Source: Bugula neritina (taxonomy: Eukaryota; Animalia; Bryozoa). From it: a DNA stretch of 64,000 nt. Shown here one piece after another: positions 46,943 to 60,615 of this stretch. Position 1 is the first letter of the stretch. The number at the start of each line of letters is the position of its first letter. The notes under the pieces were generated by a model that was not told where the DNA came from, ran no database searches, and was given only the letters and a program-made list of their open reading frames with translations. Both the position numbers and the translations under genes were made by a program. Location of the stretch: NCBI GenBank assembly GCA_964035545.1, contig OZ037771.1:186001-250000 (forward strand), read 5' to 3'.

Positions 46943-49900
46943 ATATGTCAGGTGTATCAGTATGTGTCATAAATATATATACTGATACAACTCTAGAGTA
47001 TAAATATATTAATAATACCAATAGCTTAGTCTTTTCCACATTAACATACTATAAGTATATACTATTACTAAAAATAAGACATTTTTATGTTAAATTAAAT
47101 TCATATATATTTAATGCTCAAGTCTTCTGCAATAAAGAATTTCATCAATATTTAATATTAACTTCATATAATTATAATATTTAGCAACAATAAAATGTAA
47201 ATAATAATAATATATAAAATATAAATACACAAATATTTCCCTATTTTTAACAAAGTAAAGTGATTAAACTTTGATTTACTGGCCAACTCCAAGTGTTGGT
47301 AAAACACGAACAGCAGGCAGTACCGCTATGAGTATGTTTAGTCTATATATTTGTGTTGCCATAGTAATATTTATAATATCAGGACCTACATGAAATTCTC
47401 TTTCACATAGGCTAATAGAAAAAAGAAAGTTGAATATAATTGTATGTTTGATTGTAATTTTATCACTACCAGCCTAGTCGACTTTTAAAAAGCTCATATT
47501 TTTAGCAAGACTTTATTTGCTACTTAATATGTTATCCAAAATATTATTTAAATAATTTGCCTAACAAGCATTGTTAATGTTTAACAGAATTATAACTGAT
47601 ATTATTGTGAGTATAATAGTTTGTTGATGTGTAGTTTAAGTTCCAAGGCTTGGCATAATATTTCAATTCTACAAAAATTATTACAGACAGTTCAGTGAGT
47701 AGGTGTGGCATTAGTTCAATTTGCTCTCAACTATCTCAATTAACAAAGATGTCATTGTGGAAACATTTCACCCTAATTCTTGGTGCAAATCGAGTTAGCA
47801 TCGCAGAGATCCCTTTCACAATGCCATGCTTCATTACCTCTGAATCTCTGGCTTGCACACAATAGAAACAGCTTTTAATTTCATAAGGCCTCCAGGTGCT
47901 CTGTAAACTAGCTATGAATATCCATACGTCACTGCTTAAATGGTGCATCACCTCACAAATGTTGACCACTACTCTCACACTTACAGGAGGCATCCTCTTA
48001 TACAGTTTCCTCTTATACAGTACCCTCTTATACAGTGTTTCCTCTTATACCTGCACATTACGGCTTTAAGGGCAGGATTGACATTCTGCAAGTAATGTTC
48101 TAAATTGCTTGTAAAGCCTAAACCTTATTATTATATTTTTTGCAAAACTTTGCTAGCCCTGAGTTCTGCAATAATTGTATATAATTAATAGAATATCCGC
48201 TATGCATTGTCATGAATGACTGGCCGTTTCTTACCTCCACATCTTCTCTTGGCGTCCTTTAGAATTATCTCTAGCAATAAACAACCATTTTTTCTTTGCT
48301 TAGAACTAGACTACTGTTTCTACTTGCTAATTTGAAGTGGCCAACAGAGGTATTATTTTCTAATTTCCACAAACAATGGCTCACGGGTGTATTTCCTCAC
48401 CTGACCAAGTCATAGGGATGCTACAAAGTGGTCAGGTTTGTGTCATACTCTAGCTGAGGTTCACTCACCTATGATAATACACTCCAGACATGAAACTGCT
48501 GCAATAATTCTACTAAATTACTATTATTATACACTATATAGCTGTAAAGGTAAAGCATTCAACAATTCCTATCCGTAGGCTTTTCGGTAAACGAGTTACC
48601 TGTAGGTCATTGGTCTGCATCTTGTCTCTCTCAGTCTATAAGCTTGTCTTTCTTAGTCTATAAGCTAGTCTCTCAGTCTATGAGCTTGTCTCTCAGTCTA
48701 TAAGCTGTACAGAGTCCCTAGTTACAGAGTCCCTAGTTACACAAGCCCCTAGTTACATAGTTGGTATGTACTTAGAAACATTATTTCAGTTACCACTAGT
48801 TAAAATTTGACTACCAGTTCCGGAAATAATAAATTCCACAACATAAATGCAACTAAAATTTACATAAATTTGAATATAAATGAGACTGCTGATAGCAAAG
48901 AGAGCAATTCATCTCATTTCTTTCAGTTGTTTCATTTTCCTACAAGGAATGCTCACTGTTGACATGCTTTCATTCCCAGATATCACATTGCTTTGTTATG
49001 GTACCCCTCCATTGTGTAATGTTGTGCCATTCACTATGCCTTCTATTCAGCAAACTTGTCTTTGTCAACTTGAAAGTCTATACTTTAATTTTTTATGTTG
49101 AACCAGATAAAAGGCGGCTCCTAGGGTCCACATCATATTTGTACAGGTTCTAGGATTTCTATGTGAACAGGGTAAGAATAGAAATCAATTATACCAATGT
49201 TATACCAGTTGGCTCTAAAGAAAATATACATTTACTCTTGAAAGTCAGGGACAAAGGTTTCAAGTAGCCCCATAGCCCTGTCCATTTCATTTCTTTATTC
49301 AACTATTAGTTTGTTGACCCTTTGAGAAGGTGAGGTATTTAACCACTAGCCATTTCATTTTACTGGCCAAATAATTGCTAACTAGCCTCTCTGAATAATA
49401 AAGATGGGACATTTCTCTAACTTCCATTCAGTTCAACTTTCTACTGACCAGCACTTGAGGTATTCGGCTGCATGCATAGCAACTCAAGCTAGACTATTTT
49501 ATTACCTCCATTCCAGTATAATAACTTGACCAAGAAGGAAAACATAAATTCGGAGTTGTTGTATAAATGTAACAAGAAAAGATGACTCCTAAGTTCATCT
49601 AGCAATCTTCAATTCAAAAATTGGTGCAAACTTTGTAATTTGAACAATGATCAATATATTAAACACTAGGTGCCATAGCTACCATGTGAATCAGATATGT
49701 AATAGTGACTTGGAAATAAAATAATAATATTGAAGAGGCTGTCTGGTGGGACCTTTTGAAGGTAAATTTGAATTAATCTACAGAGTATAGAGTATATAGG
49801 GTGACGCCCAGGGAGAAAGTGTTTGAAGAGCTATTTGTTAGAGGCTAAAGCCAAGACTGTTTGTCTTTTAGCTAATGTGTGTGCAAGCATATAATATAGC

Positions 49901-51470
49901 TTATGAAGGGGTTTGAAGGGAGAATAATGGTGTGTGATGTATATTAGTGGGGCTTCAAGTTTCTACTTAACTGGTTAGAATATTTGTTGTAAGCACTCAG
50001 CCTCTGATTACGTGACAAGTATTGTGAAGAACTTAAAAGCTTTATTCAAAGTGGTACTTGAAGGTCTTTGAATTAGTTTAAGCATGCATTATTTGCACTT
50101 TTATACGCTGTGCATTGCTGTGTGTTGTTTGGATAACTTACCTAATTAATTTGTTTTATTTTTCAATAACATGTTGCATGTTTTTAAACTGCAGTTCTTG
50201 TTGCAATAACTGAATTTCTTAGAATAAGCAGCACATTGAAATTGTCTACAAAACTGGGAAGTTACCGAAAGCTATTCTATTACTGCTAACCTGCATTATT
50301 GAGTCAATCTATAAAATTACCTTGGCTTGGCTTGCTTCATGCCTCATATAAAGAAGTTATTTTCCTTATAGCGAGTTGACTGGGTATGAGAGTTGCCTTC
50401 TCATTATATAATGATTCTCCCATCTCTTTGAGTCTTAATGCAGATCCTTAATTATTAGCTAAAATTTTATCTCTAAGCCAGTGACTTCTGATAAAAAAGG
50501 AAAAGCTTGAGTTCTTTTACTTCTTTCAATACATTAACTTAAAATACTTTGGCTTGCCAACACTTCTTTATATTATTGTATTTTAATTCAAGTTAATGAC
50601 TTTTTACTAGTATAAGCTATAATACTGTATGTAGAGAATGTTTGTATGTAACTGAACAGTATATTTTATATGACTATGATAGAATGTGATTTAATATGTT
50701 ATAATATACTACTAATATATTATAAATTGTAACAATTTGTGATACAACACAGGTAAAACCTATAATATACCATATAATACATATACCATTTAATACATAT
50801 AATATATATAACATATAATAGAATACATATAACCTATAATATATATAACATCTAATGTAATACATATACCATATAATACATACAACTTTTAACTTATAAT
50901 ATAATACATATAACCTATAATATAATTTACATATTATAATCTATTACATAGTCAAATACCAATTTACACCATAAATACATTTTATAACAAATAACTTTAA
51001 TTAATTCAGTGTTGTTTTGGTAAGTAATAAGAAAAACATTTTATTTCATGGTTTGTGGGTGAGCCCTGTGATTCTCTCTCATCCGGTATATTATGTAAAT
51101 ATCTCTTGTTGACAATGTTGGAGTGAATGTACAATGGTATGTTCAAATTGCATCATCTTCCGAGATTCATGGTTGGGTGATTTGGATCAGGTCTATATTT
51201 ATAGCAGACGTAATCCTCAACCAGGGAATAACTGAGATAATTGGTGCAATAAAAGCATTGGCTGTATTCTGATAAATCTCAGAATGAAGTTAGCTCGTTA
51301 GTGAGTCAGTAGCGTATAGCTTATCTCTGTGTCAGTGTAGGGCAGCATTACCTGCATACAACCATACCATCTAGTCATATATATTACAGTCATATATATT
51401 ACAATCGTATATAGTCATCTAGTCATATATAGTCATCTAGTCATATATAGTCATCTAGTCATAAATCAGC

Positions 51471-54400
51471 ATGTCTGCTGAGGAACCTTCTAATTCATCT
51501 CCTCTCCTCGTGGACTCTGCAAAAGTGGTAACTTTATAGTTTATACTATTTATTTTATTTATGGGCTTTATTCAGGTGTTGCTACTGCTACTTTAGTATT
51601 TCCAGTGTTACTGTAATCCTAAAATTATTGTTATCATATATGTGAAATACTGTCCCTATAGGACGTAGAGCGTCTCCCCCCTAAGGGTCCCGTGGATTCC
51701 AACTCAGATGCCAGCTCTGAAGTAGAGGCCAGAGGTAACTGGGGAGGGAAGGTAGAGTTTCTGCTCTCCTGTGTTGGCTACGCTGTTGGGTTGGGGAATG
51801 TGTGGAGGTTCCCCTACTTAGCCTACAGGAATGGCGGAGGTGAGTCTATAGTATTCTGCAGCTGATGGCATTATTTTCTCTTACATCTGTGGTCTGTCTG
51901 AGGGTTGTAATCCACCACTGCACCACCGTGGTATGTCTTTTGAGAGGTAGTAATCCACCACTGCACGACACTGCACTGAGTTAAGTTGATGGATGTGTTA
52001 AGTTTATTGCTCTTGACTCTCTTGTCTTTGGAATGCCTCCACTTCTCATGCTGGCCTCAGTTCATTAGCTTATCTTGGTTAGAGAGGGCAGGGGTGAGTG
52101 CCCTGTCTTTATCTTCTTACACATGTCCAGCCCTCTCTTCAGTGCTCTTCAGTTCCAGTACATTACCCTCTGTCCTCAACAGGGTCATTACTTCTTGTGT
52201 ATCTCTCTCACCTCATATTACCTTCTATCTGTGTAGTATATTACCTTCTATCTGTGTAGTATATTACCTTCTATCTGTGTAGTATATTACCTTCTATCTG
52301 TGTAGTATATTACCTTCTATCTGTGTAGTATATTACCTCCTATTTGTGTATTATATTACCTTCTATCTGTGTAGTATATTACCTTCTACCTGTGTAGTAT
52401 ATTACCTTCTATCTGTGTAGTATATTACCTCCTATCTGTGTATTATATTGCCTTCTATCTGTGTAGTATATTACCTCCTATCTGTGTAGTATATTACCTC
52501 CTATCTGTGTATTATATTGCCTTCTATCTGTGTAGTATATTACCTCCTAGCTGTGCAGTATATTACCTTCTATCTGTGTAGTATATTACCTTCTATCTGT
52601 GTAGTATATTACCTTCTAGCTGTGTAGTATATTACCTCCTAGCTGTATAGTATATTACCTCCTAGCTGTGTAGTATATTACCTCCTAGCTGTATAATATA
52701 TTACCTTCTATCTGTGTAGTATATTACCTTCTATCTGTGTAGTATATTACCTCCTAGCTGTAATGTGTAGGTATTTTAAAATTTTGTGACAGTAACTTGT
52801 TGAAATATTATACCGCATTGTATAATGTTATGTAATACTATACAGGAGCCTTCCTCATACCCTATGTCATCATGTTACTCATATGTGGTGTCCCCCTCTT
52901 CTTCATGGAGCTGGCGTTTGGACAGTTTGCCTCTCTGGGGCCCATCAGCATGTGGAGGGCAGTTCCTCTATTCCAAGGTTTGTCATGTTAACCCTTCATA
53001 CACAGGCACTTCATGCTTACCCAACTGTATATACAGATAATAACTGTGTAGGCTATCTATACAGTTATATAAATATGTAATATAATATATAAATAAATAA
53101 TTCACAAGCCTTAGTGAACCTTTCATACAAGTGGTATTTTAATTAAAAATACGCATTGTGACAGAAGCCCTTGTAAGCTAATGTAATGCACAGTGATGTT
53201 CATATCTAATTCATATTCATCCACTTGACTTGCCATTCCACTTAATGGAGAAAATAGTTTTTATTTATTTGGCTGGAATTTATGTAGACATTCTCATTAT
53301 TAGACTAGAATCTGATTGTCATGGAATTGTGTTTCATAAAACTATTTGGCAATGTTTCATGTCATAACGCAAAAAATAAGTTGAGCAACAGGCGATATTT
53401 GGGGCAATTTATTTGTGCAACCAAATAGTTTTGGCATTGCTTCTATGCTATTGTATTAGAGTAAGTAGGGTAAGTGTAATATAATGTACATAGAGTATAG
53501 TAGAGTAAGTGTAATATACAGATAGTATAGTAGAGTAAGTGTAATATACAGATAGTATAGTAGAGTAAGTGTAATATACAAATAGTATAGTAGAGTAAGT
53601 GTAATATACAGATAGTATAGTAGAGTAAGTGTAATATACAGATAGTATAGTAGAGTAAGTGTAATATACAGATAGTATAGTAGAGTAAGTGTAATATACA
53701 GATAGTATAGTAGAGTAAGTGTAATATACAGATAGTATAGTAGAGTAAGTGTAATATACAGATAGTGTAGTAAGTAGTAGATAGAGTACAGAATAGAATA
53801 GAATACAGAATGCAATACTGACTGACATTTAGCCTACAGCCAAGCAAAGATCAATAAATAGTATATATTTATTATTCATCGAAGCTTAATTATGGAAAAT
53901 TCCCAACTGCTGACGTCACATGGCTGTTATATTTATGCACCAACAAGTAGTGGGTGTGTTTATGTGCTTAGAGATGGATGTGGCAATGTAAGGCAGCCTT
54001 TCTCGTAAACATATGCCTAATATGGCAGCATTCCTCGCTGCCATAATAAGATTACATGGAATTGTTGTATTTATTGTACATCTCATTCACAATACTGACC
54101 TTATACTGAGTCAAGGTCTGACACCTCTACCAGCTGACCTACACTACTAACTCTATATCCAACACACAACAGTATAAGTTTATATTATCTCTCTCTCTCC
54201 AGGTGTCGGGTGGGGTATGCTTGTCGTATCCTTCATGGTCGGTATCTACTACAATATGATCATCTCGTGGACTCTCTACTACTTCTTTGCCTCAATGACT
54301 AAGAACCTACCCTGGGAGACGTGCGAGGCGGCGTATAACACCCCCCTGTGTGCCAGCATCAGGGGTCAGGCTGCGGGCAGCAACCAGACTTTGGTACACC

Positions 54401-57400
54401 AGTTCGTGTCATCTCAGGCTACAAACTACACGGTGACTGGCCTCAACAGCTCCTACCTCAACCAGACCTGGGTTATGTATGGGAGTTACATTGGCACTCA
54501 GATGGAGGACTACAATGTTACTTGTGTGAAGGAGTCTTCCCTCGACACTGTTAGCTGTACACTCACGAGCTACCCCCTGAAAGATCTCTGTACGTCTCTC
54601 TGTTATATAATGTACTCTCACTATGTACTCTCACTACGTACTCTCACTATGTACTCTCACTATGTACTCTCACTATGTACTCTCACTATGTACTCTCACT
54701 ATGTACTCTCACTATGTACTCTCACTGTGTACTCTCACTGTGTACTCTCACTATGTACTCTCACTATGTACTCTCACTATATACTCTCACTCTGTACTCT
54801 CACTATGTACTCTCACTATATACTCACTCTGATATGGTTGTAGGGCATTATGGGGTTCAACTTGTCTCACCAGCAGAAGAATACTGGGAGTAAGTTACTA
54901 TACTATACTATACTATACTAATTAGTACACATGTACAGTATATGCTACCTGTGTGAATATTATAGTAACTATACTATACAGTATACACATGTATCTTGTG
55001 ATATTGCTAGTCGGGGAGTGCTGAGAAGGTCAGAGAGTATAAATGAGTCGGGCACCGTCCTCTGGGATCACGCTCTTTGTCTCCTCCTCGCTTGGATCAT
55101 CATCTTTGCTTGTCTCATCAAAGGAGTCAAGTCCTCTGGCAAAGTAAGTTGTTTGGGGACACCTTTTCCCCCTCCCCACCTGCTAATACTCTACCAACTA
55201 ATCACAGGCTACTCTGTTACAATTGTATAATATATTATATCATACTCTGTATACACTTTGTGGATGTGCTGTGTGTTTCAGGTAGTATATTTCACGGCCA
55301 CGTTCCCCTACATTGTGCTCACCATTCTGCTGATCAGAGGGGCTCTCCTTGACGGAGCTATTGATGGTATTAAGTTTTATATCCTCCCTCAGTGGGACAG
55401 ACTGGCTGATGCTAAGGTTAGTTCCCTGCCCTAGTCTATTGCTAGTATTATGTAGTATTATATATATTACTATACACACACTATACAGTATCATATATTA
55501 CTATAACACACATACTATTGTATGATATATTACTGTAATATACACATATTATTAAATGATATATTACTGGAATATACAAATATTATTATATGATATATTA
55601 CTATAATTTTACATATTATATGATATATTACTATAATATACATATTATATGATATATTATATAATATACATATTATATGATATATTATATAATATACATA
55701 TTATATGATATATTACTATAATTTTACATATTATATGATATATTACTATAATATACATATTATATGATATATTACTATAATATACATATTATATGATATA
55801 TTACTATAATTTTACATATTATATGATATATTACTATAATTTTACATATTATATGATATATTACTATAATATACATATTATATGATATATTACTATAATA
55901 TACATATTATATGATATATTACTATAATATACATATTATATGATATATTACTATAATATACATATTATATGATATATTACTATAATATACATATTATATG
56001 ATATATCATATAATATACATATTATATGATATATTACTCATGCTGCAGGTATGGAAAGACGCTGCTACTCAGATCTTTTACTCTCTCGGTGTTGGCTTCG
56101 GAGGTCTCCACGTCATGTCAAGTTACAATAAGTTCCACAACAACTGCTTGCAGTACGTCATATTCTACCCTATACTCAGTATTACTACTATTCAACAGTA
56201 TCAATAGTCTTACACTATTTAGTAATTAATATGGAGTTAGACAGGTTATGTGATGTACATGAGATATTATCTTGTAGAGATGCTATACTGGTTGCCCTCA
56301 TTAACTGCTGTACTAGCGTCTACGCCGGCTTTGCTATTTTCTCTATGATAGGATTTCTAGCTTCAAATACGGGTGTTTCTGTGGCAGACGCAGCTACCGA
56401 TGGTATGTTGTAATATATACGTATATGTAATATACTGACTATACAGTATGTTGTAATATATACGTATGTGTAATATGCTGACTATACAGTATGTTGTAAT
56501 ATATACGTATATGTAATATACTGACTATACAGTATGTTGTAATATATACATACATATAATATACTGACTATACAGTATGTTGTAATATATACGTACATAT
56601 AATATACTGACTATACAGTATGTTGTAATATATACGTATATGTAATATACTGACTATACAGTATGTTGTAATATATACGTATGTGTAATATGCTGACTAT
56701 ACAGTATGTTGTAATATATACGTATATGTAATATACTGACTATACAGTATGTTGTAATATATACATACATATAATATACTGACTATACAGTATGTTGTAA
56801 TATATACGTACATATAATATAGTGACTATACAGTATGTTGTAATATATACGTACATATGATGTACTCTTGCAGGTCCTGGTCTGGCGTTTGTCGCCTACC
56901 CTGAAGGAATATCACAGATGCCGGTAGCTCCCCTCTGGGCTATTCTCTTCTTCTTCATGTTGTTCACCTTGGGACTAGACAGTCAGGTGCGAGACTAATA
57001 TCAGTATAAGAGTTGTCTGCTCTCTTGCTAGACTTTGTTCCTGTCACCCTCTGTACTGCCTAGTATACTCACGGAGTTGTCCTCTTTGTAGTTTGCCATG
57101 ATGGAAACCGTCATTAGTGGTCTCACAGACGAGTTCCCTGTACTAGCTGCCGGCAGTTTTAAAATTGGTGCATTCAAATTACCCAGAAAGATTGCTTTCA
57201 CCGCCACTCTGTGCTTCATCATGTTCTTGCTTGGACTTCCTATGACTACTAATGTAAGCAGCTGTGTATTACTACACCATGTAATACTATACCATGTACT
57301 GCTGTACCATGTATTACTACGCCATGTAATACTATACCATGTACTGCTCTACCATGTATTACTACTCTGTATTACTACTCTGTGTATTACTACTCTGTAT

Positions 57401-59412
57401 TACTACTCTGTATTACTACACTGTGTATTACTACACTGTGTATTACTACTCTGTATTACTACACTGTGTATTACTACACCATGTAATACTATACCATGTA
57501 CTGCTATACCATGTATTACTACTCTGTATTACTACTCTGTATTACTACTCTGTGTATTACTACTCTGTATTACTACTCTGTATTACTACACTGTGTATTA
57601 CTACACTGTGTATTACTACTCTGTATTACTACACTGTGTATTACTACACCATGTAATACTATACCATGTACTGCCATACCATGTATTACTACTCTGTATT
57701 CATACACTGTGTATTACTACTCTGTATTACTACACTGTGTATTACTACACTGTGTATTACTACTCTGTATTACTACACCCTGTATTATATCACCATGTCG
57801 CAGCGATGTATAGACTGACTTTCTGTCTGTTTCTAGGGGGGAATCTACTGGTTCCAGATATTAGACTGGTATTCCGCCTCTCACTGCCTCCTCATTATTG
57901 TACTATTCGAGATCATTGGTCTTGCTTATGCTTACGGTAAGTTACTGCTATTACTATGTTATATACTGCTATTACTATATTATATACTGCTACTACTATA
58001 TTATATACTGCTATTACTATATTATATACTGCTATTACTATATTATATACTGCTATTACTATATTATATACTGCTACTACTATATTATATACTGCTACTA
58101 CTATATTATATACTGCTACTACTATATTATATACTGCTATTACTATATTATATACTGATATTACTATATTATATACTGATATTACTATATTATATACTGC
58201 TATTACTATATTATATGCTGCTATTAGTGTATTATATACTGCTACTACTATATTATATACTGCTATTACTGTATTATATACTGCTATTACTATATTATAT
58301 ACTGCTATTACTATATTATATACTGCTACTACTATATTATATACTGCTACTACTATATTATATACTGCTACTACTATATTATATACTGCTATTACTATAT
58401 TATATACTGATATTACTATATTATATACTGATATTACTATATTATATACTGCTATTACTATATTATATACTAATATTACTATATTATATACTGCTATTAC
58501 TATATTATATGCTGCTATTAGTGTATTATATACTGCTACTACTATATTATATACTGCTATTACTATATTATATACTGCTATTACTGTATTATATACTGCT
58601 ACTATACTATGTTATATACTGCTACTACTATATTATATGATTTCTGTGTTGCTAGGCTGGAGAAGATTCCTTGATGATATTGAAATCATGTTGGGTCCTA
58701 AACCGCTTGCTCAGTGGATGTACTTCATAGTGTGCTGGCTTGGTCTTTCTCCACTCGGCATGATGGTAGGTCATATATATACACTTACACTTTCATTAAC
58801 TTATGTACCTATATTTACTATATTTACACTTACAACAATGCACTGTATTTTATAATTCACTTGAAACATATTCCAGTAGCCATAATAATAGCAGTTAGTT
58901 TATAGCATATTAACATATTTCAGTAGCCGTAATAATAGCAGTTGGTTCTTTGTGTTGCAGTTCATCTTAATATTCGCATCTGTTGACTATGAAACTGTGA
59001 GCTACGGTGGAGTTATGTTCCCTAAATGGGCCGAGTCTATTGGCTGGTTGGTGGCTTGTGCCAGCATTATCATGATTCCACTTTGGGCAATTATTGTATA
59101 CTGTCAAAAGTCTACTCACTACCAGGTGAGTACCAAGTCTACACTTTGTTAAAACTGATTGTTGCAGTTATCTTCCTCTGTGATTTCTAACCAATCAGAG
59201 TGAAGCTTGTATTGCATATCTTTACTCTGCTCTTTCAGTACATAAAGCTGGGAATAAATTCTGCTGCCGAGTGGGGACCAGCGCTGCCAGAGGACCGTCT
59301 CGGCACCAAGTATGAGGGGAAGGGTGGTGATGTGGAGCTGCCACCTTATGGAGCCACCAATGTTAATTTTGCTGCTGCCTCTACTGCCGGCATTGACAAC
59401 ACTAAACTCTAA
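51471..59412 (+). CDS. SLC6 neurotransmitter:sodium symporter, proline-transporter (PROT/SLC6A7)-like, ~706 aa
   Basis: Exons 51471-51527, 51662-51839, 52846-52977, 54203-54589, 54844-54889, 55011-55143, 55282-55416, 56049-56152, 56278-56402, 56874-56986, 57092-57253, 57837-57936, 58656-58765, 58961-59125, 59239-59412. Signatures: RGNW...[74 protein letters not shown]6/TM8 motifs resemble PROT more than GlyT. Confidence 0.95.
52215..52760. repeat. 23-bp minisatellite ATATTACCTTCTATCTGTGTAGT
   Basis: Direct tandem repetition. Confidence 0.97.
53470..53770. repeat. 30-bp minisatellite GATAGTATAGTAGAGTAAGTGTAATATACA
   Basis: About 9-10 near-identical copies. Confidence 0.97.
54610..54830. repeat. 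13-bp minisatellite TGTACTCTCACTA
   Basis: Direct tandem repetition. Confidence 0.96.
55490..56037. repeat. 29-bp AT-rich minisatellite CATATTATATGATATATTACTATAATATA
   Basis: Direct tandem repetition. Confidence 0.95.
56403..56858 (+). repeat. 43-bp minisatellite beginning exactly at the splice donor (GTATGTTGTAATATATACG...GACTATACA)
   Basis: About 10.5 copies from 56403. Confidence 0.96.
57262..57790. repeat. Composite TGTATTACTAC(T/A)C array
   Basis: Imperfect higher-order repetition. Confidence 0.9.
57945..58635. repeat. 21-bp minisatellite TATATTATATACTGCTATTAC
   Basis: Direct tandem repetition; explains spurious ORF 57956..58855. Confidence 0.97.
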
Positions 59413-60290
59413 CATGACCCTCACTTGACACTGTATATACTTATAGTACCACTATTACTACTATCTTATGTTTTATCTACCTAATACTGTTTGCTATTTT
59501 ATATTCTTTTATTACATTTTATAATTTTCTGATACAGACATTCTCTCAAATCTCAAACTTATGTTTCATTTTGCAGTTATACATGCATATGATAAAATTA
59601 GTAACAAAAATATTTGTACGTCATCTTTGCATCTTTCCTTTTAATCCCTAATTTTTACTTCATTTTTGTAAGATATCATCCAATCTTAACATAAAGTCTT
59701 CTTATATTTTTATAGCATATTAAAAACTAGTGTTAAATAAAACTACTAACCCTTTGTTACTACTACATCTATACTGTCAAATCATCTAGTAGTATTCAGT
59801 AACTCAAATTTCTTTGATTGTGTAGACCACAGGTATCTGCTTACCTCAACTAAGCAGCTAGCTGCACTTGAAAGAGTTTTACTGTTACTTGAAAGCTAAC
59901 ATAATATATGCTTTTTCAATTTTTAATTTGCTATTTCTCATATCTTATATGTTCTCAACATCAATATTTATTTCTCTTTCAAATGGGAATAAAGTGTTTG
60001 AAATAACTGAGTTATATTGTTGCCTTCACTTTCATCTAGTTTCTTTGTATTATAACTTTCTATCAACAAGCCCTTCCAGGGTGGTCCTAGCTTGCACAAA
60101 GCTATTTAGTGATAGGCTAATAGCTATCGCTTAGGCCCCGCCCACTTAACACTCTGCTTGTCTGCTGCAAAGGCATTAGCAGAAGGACAAAAGACGCGTG
60201 AGGCAAGGCGAAGGTAATGGTAAGATCTAAATTCTAAATGCTATAAATTTTGTATAATTTTTAAAAGAATTTACAGTACTGTTGTGTTCT

Positions 60291-60587
60291 TGTTATTTAT
60301 GTTAAACAAGAGTAAACAGTAAGATTAAGCACGTATAAGTAAGATTGGCTGTAGAGTAGAATGTATGACTGTATTGTATTGAAGCTAACAAGTAACTGAC
60401 ATAAAAATACATGTAGATAAACAGTGACAGAATAACAACTGGCTTGTATATTGATATGGCAAAAACTGTATATAATGAGTTTAAACAAATAGACATTAGA
60501 ATAAAAAAGTAACCGAGCACATAAAATGTGGTATGTCATAATATGCATCTATGTGGTGTATTGACAAGGCTAGTTCAATACATAGCA
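60291..60587 (-). repeat. Predicted 3' LTR
   Basis: Starts TGCTATGTATT after the PPT and ends ...ATAAATAACA (8/10 inverted match) at 60291. Alternative end at 60239. The 5' LTR and TSD cannot be checked within the window. Confidence 0.6.
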
Positions 60588-60615
60588 CTCCTCCCTCACA
60601 ATTTAGACTTAAGAG

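Noticed and set aside
47736-47993. 85-aa minus-strand ORF
   Set aside because: No recognisable motif or supporting exon chain.
53338-53432. 12-bp inverted repeat AAAACTATTTGG...CCAAATAGTTTT as MITE
   Set aside because: No clear TSD; too short to support.
3975-58635. CRISPR-like arrays
   Set aside because: All arrays are head-to-tail with no unique spacers, no cas genes are present, and the context is eukaryotic.
57339-58855. Tyr/Leu/Thr-rich ORFs resembling membrane proteins
   Set aside because: Intronic arrays inside the SLC6 gene; only their exon-overlapping ends are coding.
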